NCBI GenBank assembly: GCA_963975575.1
Contig: CAXBHL010000001.1
Coordinates: forward strand, 717,032-781,031
Origin: an uncultured Phycisphaerales bacterium
GTDB lineage: Bacteria > Planctomycetota > Phycisphaerae > Phycisphaerales > UBA1924
DNA: 64,000 nt
Reading direction: 5' to 3'
The translations under genes and the position numbers were made by a program. Of the stretch, positions 42,545 to 52,301 are shown one piece after another. Under the pieces are notes generated by a model. That model did not search any database. It saw only the letters and a program-made list of their open reading frames with translations, and was not told where the DNA came from. Numbering within the stretch: the first letter of the stretch is position 1; each line of letters begins with the position of its first letter.

Positions 42545-43093
42545 ATGACCAAGGCAGCACTTATCGTGGGACTCGCGGTCGCGGCTGGAACCGCGCACGC
42601 CGGTTTCTTCAGCGAATCTGAGCCCAACAACACGCTCGCGACGGCCGACTTCGTTGGCTCGTACGGCGTCCCGGGCGGATCCGCGATCGTGGACGGCGTG
42701 GTTGGTGACAACGATGTCGACTGGTTCAGCTTCACGCTGACCAACACCGCGAGCCTTTCCGCGTTCGCCGCGTTCTCGGGCACCTCCGGCGCCGACGGCG
42801 TCATGCAGATCGTTTCCGGCACCGACGTCATCGCGTTCGACGACGACAGCGGCGTCGGCCTGATGCCCTCGCTCCAGCTCGCGAATCTCGCCGCCGGTAC
42901 CTACTACGTGGGTATCTCGGGCTTCGGTGACGCGGGCGCCGGCTCGGTCGCTTCCGACGAGTTGTTCGACGGCATCGGCCACCAGGAAAACTTCGCGTAC
43001 AAGCTGGTCCTCGGCTTCACCGTGGTCCCCACGCCGGCCTCCGCCGCGATGCTGGGCTTCGGTGGCCTGCTGATGGCCCGCCGTCGCCGCTGA
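42545..43093 (+). CDS. PEP-CTERM sorting domain protein (secreted)
   Basis: Signal peptide. C-terminal VPTP motif, hydrophobic stretch and RRRR, a PEP-CTERM-type anchor. GGGAGAG RBS. Confidence 0.75.
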   Translation: MTKAALIVGLAVAAGTAHAGFFSESEPNNTLATADFVGSYGVPGGSAIVDGVVGDNDVDWFSFTLTNTASLSAFAAFSGTSGADGVMQIVSGTDVIAFDDDSGVGLMPSLQLANLAAGTYYVGISGFGDAGAGSVASDELFDGIGHQENFAYKLVLGFTVVPTPASAAMLGFGGLLMARRRR

Positions 43094-43130
43094 TCTCCGC
43101 ACACTCGCGGTCATAGATCGAATCTCCAAC

Positions 43131-43164
43131 GTCGGGCCGAGCAATCGGCTCGACGGTTTTTTTT
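43131..43164 (+). terminator. Rho-independent terminator after the PEP-CTERM gene
   Basis: Hairpin GTCGGGCCGAGC..GGCTCGAC followed by TTTTTTTT. Confidence 0.5.
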
Positions 43165-43215
43165 GCGCCCGCCCGGCCGCCGGACGCGGCAGCCGAACCA
43201 TCCCTTTGGCGCACG

Positions 43216-43238
43216 AAAAAACCCTGGCCGGCAGGGTT
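43216..43238 (-). terminator. Probable terminator of nuoI. Hairpin with flanking A and T runs
   Basis: AAAAAACCCTGGCCGGCAGGGTTTG. Read on the minus strand this gives CCCTGCCGGCCAGGG followed by TTTTTT. Confidence 0.45.
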
Positions 43239-43295
43239 TGAGAAAGCGTGCGATGTTCCCATCCGGGCACCGGGCCGGGCCCGGGACGCCGAGGC

Positions 43296-43841
43296 TCACA
43301 TCGGCTTTTTGTCGATGGTGATGTCGTACATGTGCAGGAGCTTGTTCTTGTCGAACACCATCTCCTGCCGGCTCAGGCCCACGATGTCGTACTCGGGGGT
43401 CAGCTCGATCGCATCGACCGGGCAGGCCTCCTCGCACATGCCGCAGAAGATGCACCGAAGCTCGTCGATCTCGAACTTGGCGGGGTACTTCTCCCGGTCG
43501 TCCCAGGGGCTTTCGGCCGCCTCGATGTGGATGCAGTTGGCGGGGCAGATGGTCGGGCACATCATGCACGCCACGCACTTGACGCGCCCGGCCTCGTCCC
43601 GGTTGAGCCGGTGGAAGCCCCGGAAGTTGGAGGGCTCCAGGCCCCCGTCCTCGGGCTTGTAGTGCTCGCGCCGTTGCTCGGGATACTGCAGGGTGCGGCT
43701 GGTCTTGCCCTGGCCCCAGCTCGTGAACATGTGCCGGAGCGTCGTCCCGAAGCCCTTGATGACCTCGGGCAGGTAGACCGCCTCGCCCATGTTCAGGGGT
43801 GCGGGGCGGACGTGCAGCACTTCGTCGTCGCGGATGGCCAT
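43296..43841 (-). CDS. nuoI: NADH-quinone oxidoreductase subunit I (NuoI), a 2x[4Fe-4S] ferredoxin, as an isolated gene
   Basis: CVACMMCPTICP and CIFCGMCEEACP motifs. The start is moved to ATG 43841 (181 aa). There are no other nuo genes in the window. Confidence 0.85.
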   Translation of the reverse strand: MAIRDDEVLHVRPAPLNMGEAVYLPEVIKGFGTTLRHMFTSWGQGKTSRTLQYPEQRREHYKPEDGGLEPSNFRGFHRLNRDEAGRVKCVACMMCPTICPANCIHIEAAESPWDDREKYPAKFEIDELRCIFCGMCEEACPVDAIELTPEYDIVGLSRQEMVFDKNKLLHMYDITIDKKPM

Positions 43842-43891
43842 ATCGCCCGGAGTATAGCTCGCAACGCCCCCGATGCGGATACCATCCAGCC

Positions 43892-44737
43892 ATGTCCAAG
43901 CGCGCCGGTCCACCCCTGTTCGAACTGCTGCGCAAGCAGTCCGAGGACGCCCCCGCGGCGGTCTCGTCCGCGCCGCCACGGCGCGACAGCGACCCCAGCG
44001 TGCCATGGACCGGCGCGGGCGTGACCCGGGCCGAGCGATCGGCGGCGACCCTCGAGGACGAGCCCCGGAGCACCGGCGAACTCCGCATCCCGATGACGCG
44101 GGTGTACCTGGCGATCGCGTTGATGCTCTTTCTCGTGGTTGCGGCGTGGGCCGCCGGTCACTACTTCGGCGTCCAGGCCGGGCGGGCCGAGATGAGCCGG
44201 GCGGTGGGGGACGAGCCCGTCGTGCCACCCCTTGGGACCGACGGGACCGCCAGCGCCGGCCAGCCGGCCCGCACCCCCGCACCGATCCGCCAGCCGCAGG
44301 CAAACACGGGCTCCCAGCCCGCCGGTTCCCCGGCGACGAGCCCGGGCCAAGGCCTTCGGGCACCCGCCCCGGGGATGCCCTGGGTGCTCGCCGCCGGCGG
44401 CCTCCGGGCATCCGATCCGCGGACCCCGGGCAGCAACTACCTCCAACTGGCCACGCTGCCCCCCGACCAGACCCAGGAGGCCATCGAGTTCCTGGCGTCC
44501 AAGGGGGTCCGTTCGATCGGTGTTCCGGTGGACTCCGGCCCCGGTGCGGCCAACAATCCCTCCCGCTATACACTGGTCTCCCTTGGGCTTGCGGTGCCCA
44601 GCGGCCAGTACAGCTCGACGCTCAGCCAACGCCGGGACCACGAACGACTCGTGGCCACCATCGGGGCGGAGTGGAAGCGGGATCGTCGGGGAGGGTCTGA
44701 CTTCTCCCAGACGCAGTGGAGCCGCTACGACCCATGA
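43892..44737 (+). CDS. Hypothetical single-TM membrane protein with a Pro/Ala-rich region
   Basis: ATG 43892. TM helix VYLAIALMLFLVVAAWAA, followed by a low-complexity region and a C-terminal globular part. Divergent from nuoI. Confidence 0.5.
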   Translation: MSKRAGPPLFELLRKQSEDAPAAVSSAPPRRDSDPSVPWTGAGVTRAERSAATLEDEPRSTGELRIPMTRVYLAIALMLFLVVAAWAAGHYFGVQAGRAEMSRAVGDEPVVPPLGTDGTASAGQPARTPAPIRQPQANTGSQPAGSPATSPGQGLRAPAPGMPWVLAAGGLRASDPRTPGSNYLQLATLPPDQTQEAIEFLASKGVRSIGVPVDSGPGAANNPSRYTLVSLGLAVPSGQYSSTLSQRRDHERLVATIGAEWKRDRRGGSDFSQTQWSRYDP

Positions 44738-44773
44738 CCCCCCGGGCCACGGCCCGTCAGACCGGAGCAGGAC

Positions 44774-44932
44774 ATGAGCATCGACCGTTCGCTGAAGACC
44801 GAGGGCAACCTGACCACCAAGCGCTCCGTGATGAAGCGCGGCGAACGCATCGCCGCCCTCAAGGACGAGAAGCGCTTCGACCCCAAGAAGGACGGCGCGC
44901 TCGGCCTGCCCAAGACCAAGGTCCGCGAGTAA
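44774..44932 (+). CDS. Small basic protein of 52 aa, not in the ORF track
   Basis: ATG 44774 with GGAG 6 nt upstream. Product MSIDRSLKTEGNLTTKRSVMKRGERIAALKDEKRFDPKKDGALGLPKTKVRE. Ends 5 nt before the next gene. Confidence 0.5.
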   Translation: MSIDRSLKTEGNLTTKRSVMKRGERIAALKDEKRFDPKKDGALGLPKTKVRE

Positions 44933-44936
44933 GCCG

Positions 44937-46184
44937 GTGCCCGACCAGGCGCCGCACCCCGCCCCGGTCCAACACGCAGCACGATCCCCGCGCACGCCCG
45001 GACCGTCGGCGCGTTCGCAGGCCCTGCGCTTCTCCGGCATCCGCAAGATCCTCTCCCGCGCCGCGACGATGCCCGACGCGGTCAACCTGACCATCGGCCA
45101 GCCCGACTTCCCGGTGCCCGACGCGGTCCGCGACGCGGCCATCGACGCGATCCGATCGGGGCGCAACGGATATACCCCCAACGCCGGCGACGGGCAGCTG
45201 CTCGCCCGCATCAACGGCTTCCTCGCCGAAGACGTCGGCTGGGACTGCCGGCCCGCCGGTTCGCCAGGCCACGCCGGCCCGCAGTCGCTGGTCACCACGG
45301 GCACCTCGGGCGGCCTGACGCTCGCGTTCATGTCCATGCTCGACCCCGGCGACGAGTGCATCATCCCCGACCCGTACTTCGTCAGCTACCCGGAGCTGGC
45401 CGCCACCTGCCACGCCACGGCCGTCGCCTGCGACACCGCCGAGAACGGCGAACTGACGGCCGACCGCGTCGAGGCGTGCATCACCGACCGCACCCGCTTC
45501 GTGCTCTTCAGCACGCCGTCCAATCCGGCCGGAGTGGTCTCTTCGAAGCAGACCTGCCGCGACCTGCTCGACCTGTGCCGGTCCCGCGGCCTGATCCTGA
45601 TCTCCGACGAGATCTACGACGCCTTCACCTTCCCCGACGCCCGCACCGACGCGCGTGCGGGCGACGCCGATGCACGCTGCTGCCCGAGCCCCGCGCGCTT
45701 CAAAGGTTCGGAGGACACGGTGCTGCTCATCCGCGGGTTCGGCAAGACCTACGGCTGCACCGGCTGGCGTCTCGGTTATGCCGCCGGCCCGGGCTGGCTC
45801 ATCGAGACGATGAGCAAGTTCCAGCAGTACACCTACGTGTGCGCCCCGACCCCGCTGCAGCTCGGCGCGGCCGCTTGCTTCGACACCGACATGGACCCCG
45901 TCGTGCTCGACTACCAGACGCGGCGCGACATGATCGTGGACACGCTCGGACCGCTGGCCCGCATCGCACCGCCCGGCGGCGCGTTCTACGCGTGGGTCGA
46001 GGTGCCGCCCCATCTGGGCAAGACCGGCGCCGAGTTCACCGAGCTGGCCGCCGAGCACGGCGTGCTCGTGGTGCCCGGGGGCGTGTTCTCCAAGCGGGAC
46101 ACGCACTTTCGGATCAGTTACGCGACCGACCCCGCGCGCCTCGCCCGGGGCCTGGAAACGCTCGCGGGCCTGATGCGCCGCTGA
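44937..46184 (+). CDS. Pyridoxal-phosphate-dependent aminotransferase, class I/II (aspartate aminotransferase family)
   Basis: LTIGQPDF motif. SGGLTLAFM, NPAG and RxxY-type motifs. The exact start is uncertain; it may be a GTG at 44937 or a later start codon. Confidence 0.8.
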   Translation: MPDQAPHPAPVQHAARSPRTPGPSARSQALRFSGIRKILSRAATMPDAVNLTIGQPDFPVPDAVRDAAIDAIRSGRNGYTPNAGDGQLLARINGFLAEDVGWDCRPAGSPGHAGPQSLVTTGTSGGLTLAFMSMLDPGDECIIPDPYFVSYPELAATCHATAVACDTAENGELTADRVEACITDRTRFVLFSTPSNPAGVVSSKQTCRDLLDLCRSRGLILISDEIYDAFTFPDARTDARAGDADARCCPSPARFKGSEDTVLLIRGFGKTYGCTGWRLGYAAGPGWLIETMSKFQQYTYVCAPTPLQLGAAACFDTDMDPVVLDYQTRRDMIVDTLGPLARIAPPGGAFYAWVEVPPHLGKTGAEFTELAAEHGVLVVPGGVFSKRDTHFRISYATDPARLARGLETLAGLMRR

Positions 46185-46227
46185 TCGCCCTTGTGCAGTG
46201 ATGCGTTGTGAATCCGCGCCGTCCGGC

Positions 46228-47055
46228 TCAGAACCGGATCTGGATGCGTGCGAACACGCCGTCGCTGTCGAGGTTCGCGTCCAGCGACTGCACCTCGACC
46301 GCGCTGCGGATGAACTGATACCCGGCGTTGAGCCCGACGTTGGGGCCCAGCCGGATGCTCGTCTCGGCCGAGAGGTCCAGCATGCTCCCCTGACCCTCGA
46401 AGGTCTGGGTGCTCGCCATGCCGGTGACGATCATGTCCTCGCTGACCCGCCACGACACGCCGCCGCCGATGATCGGCACCGCGACCAGGCCGCGTGCGTC
46501 GCGGAACGTGGCCGTCCCGTTCTCGTCGACGACCTTGCCGATCCGCGCGTCGATGGCCTTGAGCCCACCGATGACCGACAGCGTCAGCGGGCCGGGGCGG
46601 TAGGCGTCCCAGCTCATCGTCAGGTCGTAGATGTCGTACTCGCCCTCGCCCGCGGCCAACGATGCCAGGCGCATCAGCCCGTCGTCGCCCTGGATCATCG
46701 CCCGGTCACCGGAGATGCCGCCGTCCCGCAGCACGGTGCCGCGGTCGATCTCGAAGCGCACGTCCTGCCCGACGCCCTCGGTGGTTCCGGTGTTCTCGTC
46801 GAGCCACGGGGCCTCGAAGCGGATCACGTCCGGGAGCAGTTCGCGTCCGTTGAAGTCGGGCACCGCCACGATGCCCTCGATCCACGCGAGTTCGACGCCG
46901 TCGGCCCGCATGAGCGAGAGCCGCGCCCGCCCGATCCGGGTCTCGCTGCGGTCCAGCATCAGCGTCCGCTCTCCGCCGCCGTTGCCGACCTCCATGGACT
47001 GGGGCGACCCGAGCGCGAGCGACATGCCGAGGATCGTGGTGATCGGCAACATCAT
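46228..47055 (-). CDS. Putative outer-membrane beta-barrel protein
   Basis: Signal peptide. Alternating amphipathic strands. C-terminal IQIRF with a terminal Phe. Confidence 0.55.
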   Translation of the reverse strand: MMLPITTILGMSLALGSPQSMEVGNGGGERTLMLDRSETRIGRARLSLMRADGVELAWIEGIVAVPDFNGRELLPDVIRFEAPWLDENTGTTEGVGQDVRFEIDRGTVLRDGGISGDRAMIQGDDGLMRLASLAAGEGEYDIYDLTMSWDAYRPGPLTLSVIGGLKAIDARIGKVVDENGTATFRDARGLVAVPIIGGGVSWRVSEDMIVTGMASTQTFEGQGSMLDLSAETSIRLGPNVGLNAGYQFIRSAVEVQSLDANLDSDGVFARIQIRF

Positions 47056-47132
47056 CAGATTATTGATCGGACGAAGCGCCCCGTCTCAGCCAGCGATTCT
47101 GCCCCCCGATAACGGGGAAGACCCGGCGGCGG

Positions 47133-47969
47133 GTGGGCCGGGCGATCGGAACGGCCGATACTCTGCCGATGCCACAACACGAGAACAACGGAAACTCGGC
47201 CGCCCGCACCGCCTGGGGCAAGCGTCCCCCGAAAGGCGACGAGCACCGCCTGCTCGAAGGGCCTCGTCTGCGGAGCGAGGAGTTGTTCCGCTCGGTGCGG
47301 ATCTTCGCGGAGTTCATCCGCGGGTTCCGCCAGTTGCACTTCATCGGGCCGTGCGTGACCGTCTTCGGTTCGGCCCGGTTCGAGGAAGACCATCGCTACT
47401 ACCAACTCGCGCGTGACTTCGGGGCCGCGCTCGCCGACGCGGGCTATGCGACGATGACCGGTGGGGGGCCGGGCATCATGGAGGCCGCCAACCGCGGCGC
47501 CAAGGAGCACGGTGGATTGTCCGTCGGCTGCAACATCCAACTGCCCATGGAGCAGGAGCCCAACCCCTATCTGGACAAGTTCGTCGAGTTCCGCTACTTC
47601 TTCGTGCGCAAGGTGATGCTGGTCAAGTACTCCGACGCGTTCGTGGCGATGCCGGGCGGCTTCGGGACGCTCGACGAGGTCTTCGAGACCGCCGTGCTCA
47701 TGCAGACCGGCAAGATCGAGCGGTTCCCGATGATCCTGATGGGCTCGGACTTCTGGGAGCGGCCGATGAGCTTCGTGCGGACCAAGATGGTCGAGGAGGG
47801 CGTGATCTCGCCCGAGGACCCGGGCATGCTGCGATTGACCGATGACGTGGATGAGGCGATCGGCTGGATCAAGGCGTCGGGCGTCAAGGGTACCCCGGTC
47901 AAGCCGTCGGCGGTGCTGGGCGAGAAGCAGGAAGGCCCCGTCTCGAGACCGGAGAAGGCGGCGGGCTGA
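47133..47969 (+). CDS. LOG family protein (cytokinin riboside 5'-monophosphate phosphoribohydrolase-like, TIGR00730)
   Basis: TVFGSARF, TGGGPGIMEAANRGA and PGGFGTLDE motifs. The start may be ATG 47169. Confidence 0.8.
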   Translation: MGRAIGTADTLPMPQHENNGNSAARTAWGKRPPKGDEHRLLEGPRLRSEELFRSVRIFAEFIRGFRQLHFIGPCVTVFGSARFEEDHRYYQLARDFGAALADAGYATMTGGGPGIMEAANRGAKEHGGLSVGCNIQLPMEQEPNPYLDKFVEFRYFFVRKVMLVKYSDAFVAMPGGFGTLDEVFETAVLMQTGKIERFPMILMGSDFWERPMSFVRTKMVEEGVISPEDPGMLRLTDDVDEAIGWIKASGVKGTPVKPSAVLGEKQEGPVSRPEKAAG

Positions 47970-47979
47970 TCGCGCCCAA

Positions 47980-49167
47980 TCAGAAGAAGTCCACCATCGA
48001 GGGCGTCGCCCCCGAGAAGATCGCGCCGAGTCGCTCCAGCGCGGACGCGTCGCCGCGGGCCCGTCCAACCATCGCGAGTTGCGCGGGCGAGGCGAAGCCG
48101 GTGTAGACCGAGGCCATCGCCCCGATGTCGAGTTCGGCGTCGGGGTCGCCGCCGCGGGTGCAGGCCGCCCGGGTATTCTCGACCTCGATGGTCCAGTCGC
48201 CGTTGTTCTCGTCGAAGAGCGGGTCCGTGATGCGAACGCCAAAGCGGACGCTCAGCCCTCCCGGGTAGCCGCGGGCCTCGATCGCGTCCTTGAACCGCAC
48301 GATGCGGGTCATCCAGTGCTCTTCGTGATCGATCCGGTACTTCTGTTCCTCGAGGAGCAGCAGGATCGGGTGCGTCGGCCCGCAGTTCAGGCGGATCTCC
48401 GACAGCACCGAGCCGAACCCGGCCAGCGCCGCCAGCACGCCGCGGGCGCCCTGCTCGGTGCTGGCGGCAAAGTCCGACACCACCAGCGCGAACCCGCGCC
48501 CGGGATACGCCGGCCGCTCCAGCCGGGAGGTGAGCACGCCGCGGATGACCGAGCGGTCGTCCTCGACAACCAGCGTGTCGGTCCGCGCCATCCGGGGGTT
48601 TCGGATGATCGACCAGAGGTACGCGTCGCGATCCAGGTTGCCGGGCATGTTGCACGCCATCGCGTGCTGGCAGGCGACGATCGCGTCGTGGTCCTTGGCG
48701 AGGTCGGCGGGGCGGACGCGCGTGCCCGGGACGGCGCGGGCCTTCAGTCGTGCCGGGTCGAGCGTGACTCTGTTGCGGTGCCCGGCCTGCTCGTAGCCGA
48801 CGCGCCGATAGAGCGACTGCGTCGCGGCGTACAGCGTGGAGAGCGGGGTGCCGCGATCATGGGCCTCGCGGAGCAGCGCGACCATCAGTTCGGTCGCCAC
48901 GCCCGTGCCGCGGCGTTCGGGCGGCACGGCCACGGCCCGCACCCCGCACATGGGCACCGATCGGCCGCCGAAAAACTGGCCGGCCCAGATCACCAGAGCC
49001 GAGGCCGCCGGCTCGCCGCGCTCATCGCGGAGAACGCGCTGGAGATCGCCCGCCTGTTCGATGGCGGCCATGGCCGGCTCGGGCTCCATGCCGAAACTGG
49101 TCAGCAGGGCACGGGCCACGAAGGCCTTCTCCTGTTCGTCGCGCAGCGTGCCCCATCGTTCTCTCAT
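47980..49167 (-). CDS. GNAT N-acetyltransferase, Eis-like, with a C-terminal SCP2-like domain
   Basis: Acetyl-CoA motif RRGTGVATELM. 395 aa architecture resembling Eis. ATG 49167 has GGGAGG 8 nt upstream. Confidence 0.7.
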   Translation of the reverse strand: MRERWGTLRDEQEKAFVARALLTSFGMEPEPAMAAIEQAGDLQRVLRDERGEPAASALVIWAGQFFGGRSVPMCGVRAVAVPPERRGTGVATELMVALLREAHDRGTPLSTLYAATQSLYRRVGYEQAGHRNRVTLDPARLKARAVPGTRVRPADLAKDHDAIVACQHAMACNMPGNLDRDAYLWSIIRNPRMARTDTLVVEDDRSVIRGVLTSRLERPAYPGRGFALVVSDFAASTEQGARGVLAALAGFGSVLSEIRLNCGPTHPILLLLEEQKYRIDHEEHWMTRIVRFKDAIEARGYPGGLSVRFGVRITDPLFDENNGDWTIEVENTRAACTRGGDPDAELDIGAMASVYTGFASPAQLAMVGRARGDASALERLGAIFSGATPSMVDFF

Positions 49168-49207
49168 TTCATCGCCTCCCTGATGCCTGTCTGGAACGCC
49201 ACCGGGT

Positions 49208-50164
49208 TCAGTCAACCACGGACACCCCTTCGCGCCGGGTCTTCTCGCGGAACAACTCCCGCAGGCGTCGGGTCACCGGGCCCATGGAGTGCTTGCCCGC
49301 GTCGGTTCCGATCGACCGCCCGTCCACCCGCCCGACCCACGCGATCTCGCCCATCGTGCCCGTCGTGAAGCACTCGGCGGCGTTGTAGACGTGGGTCAGG
49401 CTGATGTCGCGTTCGACACACGGGATGCTGTTGGCTTCGCACAGGTCGAGCACCGCCCGGCGGGTGATGCCCTCCGGGCAGGCGACGGTGCGGGGGGTCT
49501 GGACGACCATCTCGGTGCGTCCAGCGTGGGCGGGGTAGGCGTCCACGATGAACAGATGGGTGGCGTTGGTCTCGGCCACGAAGCCGCGTTGGTCGAGCAT
49601 CAGGGCGTCGTCGGCCCCGACCGCGTTGGCTTCCACCTTGGCCATGATCGACTGGATCAGGTTGTTGTGGTGGATGTTGGGGTCCATGCAGTCCGGCGGG
49701 AAGCGGCGGATGCTGCTGGTCGCCAGCGTGACGCCGTTCCCGTTCCCGTCGCCGTCGCCGTAGACCGGGGCCTTGTGCTCGGCCAGCACGATCAGCGTGG
49801 GTCCGGATTGGTTCAGGCGGGGGTCCATGCCGCTGGTGATCTTCACGCCACGGCTGAGCGTCAGGCGAATGTGCACGCCGTCGCGCATGTGGTTGGCGGC
49901 CAGCGTCTTCCGGATCTCCGCGACGATGTCGTCGCGCGTCGGGATCTGCGTGAACGCAAGGGCCCGGGCCGAGCGGCGCAGGCGCTCGATGTGCTCGTCG
50001 AGCGTGAAGATCCGGCCGTCATAGAGGCGCAGGCCCTCCCACACCGCGTCCCCGCCCTGCACGGCCGAGTCGAACGGGCTGATGCCGGCCTGATCCCGGT
50101 GGATCAGGCTGCCGTTGATGTTGACAAGCAGGTCGCGGTTCTTCTCGTTGAACTTCTGGAGCAT
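49208..50164 (-). CDS. Class IV aminotransferase (branched-chain amino acid aminotransferase-like)
   Basis: EGLRLYDGRIFTLDEHIERL and a fold type IV layout. The start is moved to ATG 50164. Confidence 0.8.
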   Translation of the reverse strand: MLQKFNEKNRDLLVNINGSLIHRDQAGISPFDSAVQGGDAVWEGLRLYDGRIFTLDEHIERLRRSARALAFTQIPTRDDIVAEIRKTLAANHMRDGVHIRLTLSRGVKITSGMDPRLNQSGPTLIVLAEHKAPVYGDGDGNGNGVTLATSSIRRFPPDCMDPNIHHNNLIQSIMAKVEANAVGADDALMLDQRGFVAETNATHLFIVDAYPAHAGRTEMVVQTPRTVACPEGITRRAVLDLCEANSIPCVERDISLTHVYNAAECFTTGTMGEIAWVGRVDGRSIGTDAGKHSMGPVTRRLRELFREKTRREGVSVVD

Positions 50165-50190
50165 GGGCGGATGATACCAGCCGGGGGCGG

Positions 50191-51396
50191 CTACCAGCCC
50201 AGTTGCGAGACCGCCTGCGACAAGGTGTACGCCCTCGGATCCCGCGTCCGCACGGTCAGGCGGAACGGCTCGAGCCAGGGCTCGATGCGGTCCCATCCCA
50301 CACCGGCACGGGCATCGAGCAGGGCACGGCACCATGCGGCCTGCTGCGGGTCCGCCCCGCGGGCGCCCCGCTCGAGCGGCCCAACAGCGATCTCGCCCGC
50401 GCGGGCCAACGCAACCGCGGCAACGATCCCGTCGCCGCCGTGGTCGTTGCCGGCCAGCGCGTCGACCAGGATGCCCGCCGCTTCCGCCTGCCGATCGCCC
50501 ACGCCTCCAGAGAGGAGGATCGCCGCGCAGACGACGCGCCGCTGCCAGTCGTCGGATCCGAGCGCGTCTTCGAGCATCGGGCGGGCCTGTTCAGCGTGAT
50601 CGATCAGGAAGCCGGCGTACCGCCGCGCATTCCCCGGCGCGTAGTAGCGGCCGCGGCTTCCGCCGTCGTCGCGCAGTTGCGCGACCGCCGCACGCAGCAA
50701 CAGGGCGGTGGGCGCATCGGCTTGGCGCTGGTGCAGGGCATCGGTCGCGAAGCACACCGCGTCCCATCTGGGCGAGTCGATCAGACCCTCGATCGCCGCC
50801 CTCGATTCGGGCCACAGCGATACGAGCGTGCGCCGCGCCCGGCTGCAATCGCTCCTGGCGTACAACCCGGGACCCCACGCGTTGTCGGGCGCTTCGAGTT
50901 CCGCCGCCATCGCGGCCGAGAGCCATCGGGCCTGCCGAGGGGTGATCCGATGTTCATCGACCCGGCGATGCAGTTCCCCCTGGAGGCGGTAGTCACGCGA
51001 GTCTCCGGGGCGTTCGAGCAGGATCAGCGCGGTGGTGGGGAACCACCTGGGATACGTGCCGTTGCGGATGGACGCACGCAGCCCGACGCAGGCCGCGGCG
51101 AGCATCACCGAACAGACGAAGAGGCCAACCAGGCGCACCGGGCCGGCCCAACGGAGGTGGCGCTCCGGCCGAATCACGCGGCCACACTCGGGGCACCGGG
51201 CGCCCGGGAGGATCCCGGCAAGGTCGTAGCCGCACCTCGGCATCCAGACGATGCGCAGAGGAAGGAATGAACGCCGGTCCCGGCTGCCGGGGCAGAAGAC
51301 CCTTTCGCGGGTGCACCGATGCCAGAGTCCCACGCTCAGCGAGGCCAACGCGGTCAGGACGCACAGGGCACCGAGATAGCCGATCGCGTCGTGCAC
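50191..51396 (-). CDS. Hypothetical membrane protein with a zinc-ribbon motif between two TM helices
   Basis: MPRCGYDLAG...CPECG motif. A proposed GTG start at 51396 has GAGGG upstream. The long upstream ORF extension is probably an artefact. Confidence 0.45.
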   Translation of the reverse strand: MHDAIGYLGALCVLTALASLSVGLWHRCTRERVFCPGSRDRRSFLPLRIVWMPRCGYDLAGILPGARCPECGRVIRPERHLRWAGPVRLVGLFVCSVMLAAACVGLRASIRNGTYPRWFPTTALILLERPGDSRDYRLQGELHRRVDEHRITPRQARWLSAAMAAELEAPDNAWGPGLYARSDCSRARRTLVSLWPESRAAIEGLIDSPRWDAVCFATDALHQRQADAPTALLLRAAVAQLRDDGGSRGRYYAPGNARRYAGFLIDHAEQARPMLEDALGSDDWQRRVVCAAILLSGGVGDRQAEAAGILVDALAGNDHGGDGIVAAVALARAGEIAVGPLERGARGADPQQAAWCRALLDARAGVGWDRIEPWLEPFRLTVRTRDPRAYTLSQAVSQLGW

Positions 51397-51445
51397 GGTC
51401 TCGCCCTCGGTCTCAGGATCGGCCCGTCGCGCCCGCAGGGTCCAG

Positions 51446-52249
51446 TCAGGACCGCTCGGCCACGGAACTCGCCCCCAGGTATCGCACGACGAGCCGGTCC
51501 GGACCCTCGAATGTGATTGTCGCGCCGGCCGATCCCGCGGGGCGGAACGCCAGCGCATCAGGGCCCGTGCCGGCGGGCGCGGGCATCGGCATGAGGTTGC
51601 GCCCCGTGTCGCCCGCGGGCGTCAGCGAGAGGCAGCCCAGCCGCTCGACCCAGGCGACCTCGAACCGGTCCGTCGGCCCCGGCCCCCACGCGAACACCCC
51701 GACCAGCGGCCGGGCGACCGCCTCGTCGGTCGCGAACCGGTCCCGCGTGTCGTCCAGGCCCTTGCTCGTCAGATAGTCGGCGACCCGATCGGCCCTGCCG
51801 GCGCGGGCGTGGCGGAACAGCGAGATCGAGTGCGGCCCTTCGATCGAGCCGGCGTTGGGGACGCGCTCGACGTACGCCCGCACCGCGTCCACCTCGTCGA
51901 GCGTGGCCATCGTGAACACGTCGGGACGGGCGCCGTGCGACAGGAGCAGCTCGATGATCTCGATCCGCCCCGTGTGCGAGCACGCGCCGATCGCGGTCTC
52001 CCAGTCACCGAACCCCCAGTCCCACGCGGCCCGCGCCAGCCCGGGCTCCTCGGCGAGCATCTCACGCACCCGTTCGGTCCGCACGTGGCACGCGCCGACG
52101 AACTCTGCAACGCGGGCCGGTGAGGCCCGCAGCAGCTCGGTGGGCTCCGCCGGGTCGTCGAAGCGGACCCGTCCGTGCCCGAGAGCGCCGGTCGCCAGCA
52201 CGCCCGCCGCCCCGGTCGCCATGAATCCACGCCGTGAAATCCCGTCCAT
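51446..52249 (-). CDS. Twin-arginine (TAT)-exported ankyrin-repeat protein
   Basis: ATG 52249 with GGGGG upstream. SRRGFMATGAAGVLATGALG TAT signal. Ankyrin repeats (GRIEIIELLLSHGARPD...). Confidence 0.7.
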   Translation of the reverse strand: MDGISRRGFMATGAAGVLATGALGHGRVRFDDPAEPTELLRASPARVAEFVGACHVRTERVREMLAEEPGLARAAWDWGFGDWETAIGACSHTGRIEIIELLLSHGARPDVFTMATLDEVDAVRAYVERVPNAGSIEGPHSISLFRHARAGRADRVADYLTSKGLDDTRDRFATDEAVARPLVGVFAWGPGPTDRFEVAWVERLGCLSLTPAGDTGRNLMPMPAPAGTGPDALAFRPAGSAGATITFEGPDRLVVRYLGASSVAERS

Positions 52250-52301
52250 GATGCCCCCGATCGTTGCAGGGCGATACCGGGCCGCCCCGCCGGGGTTTCG
52301 G

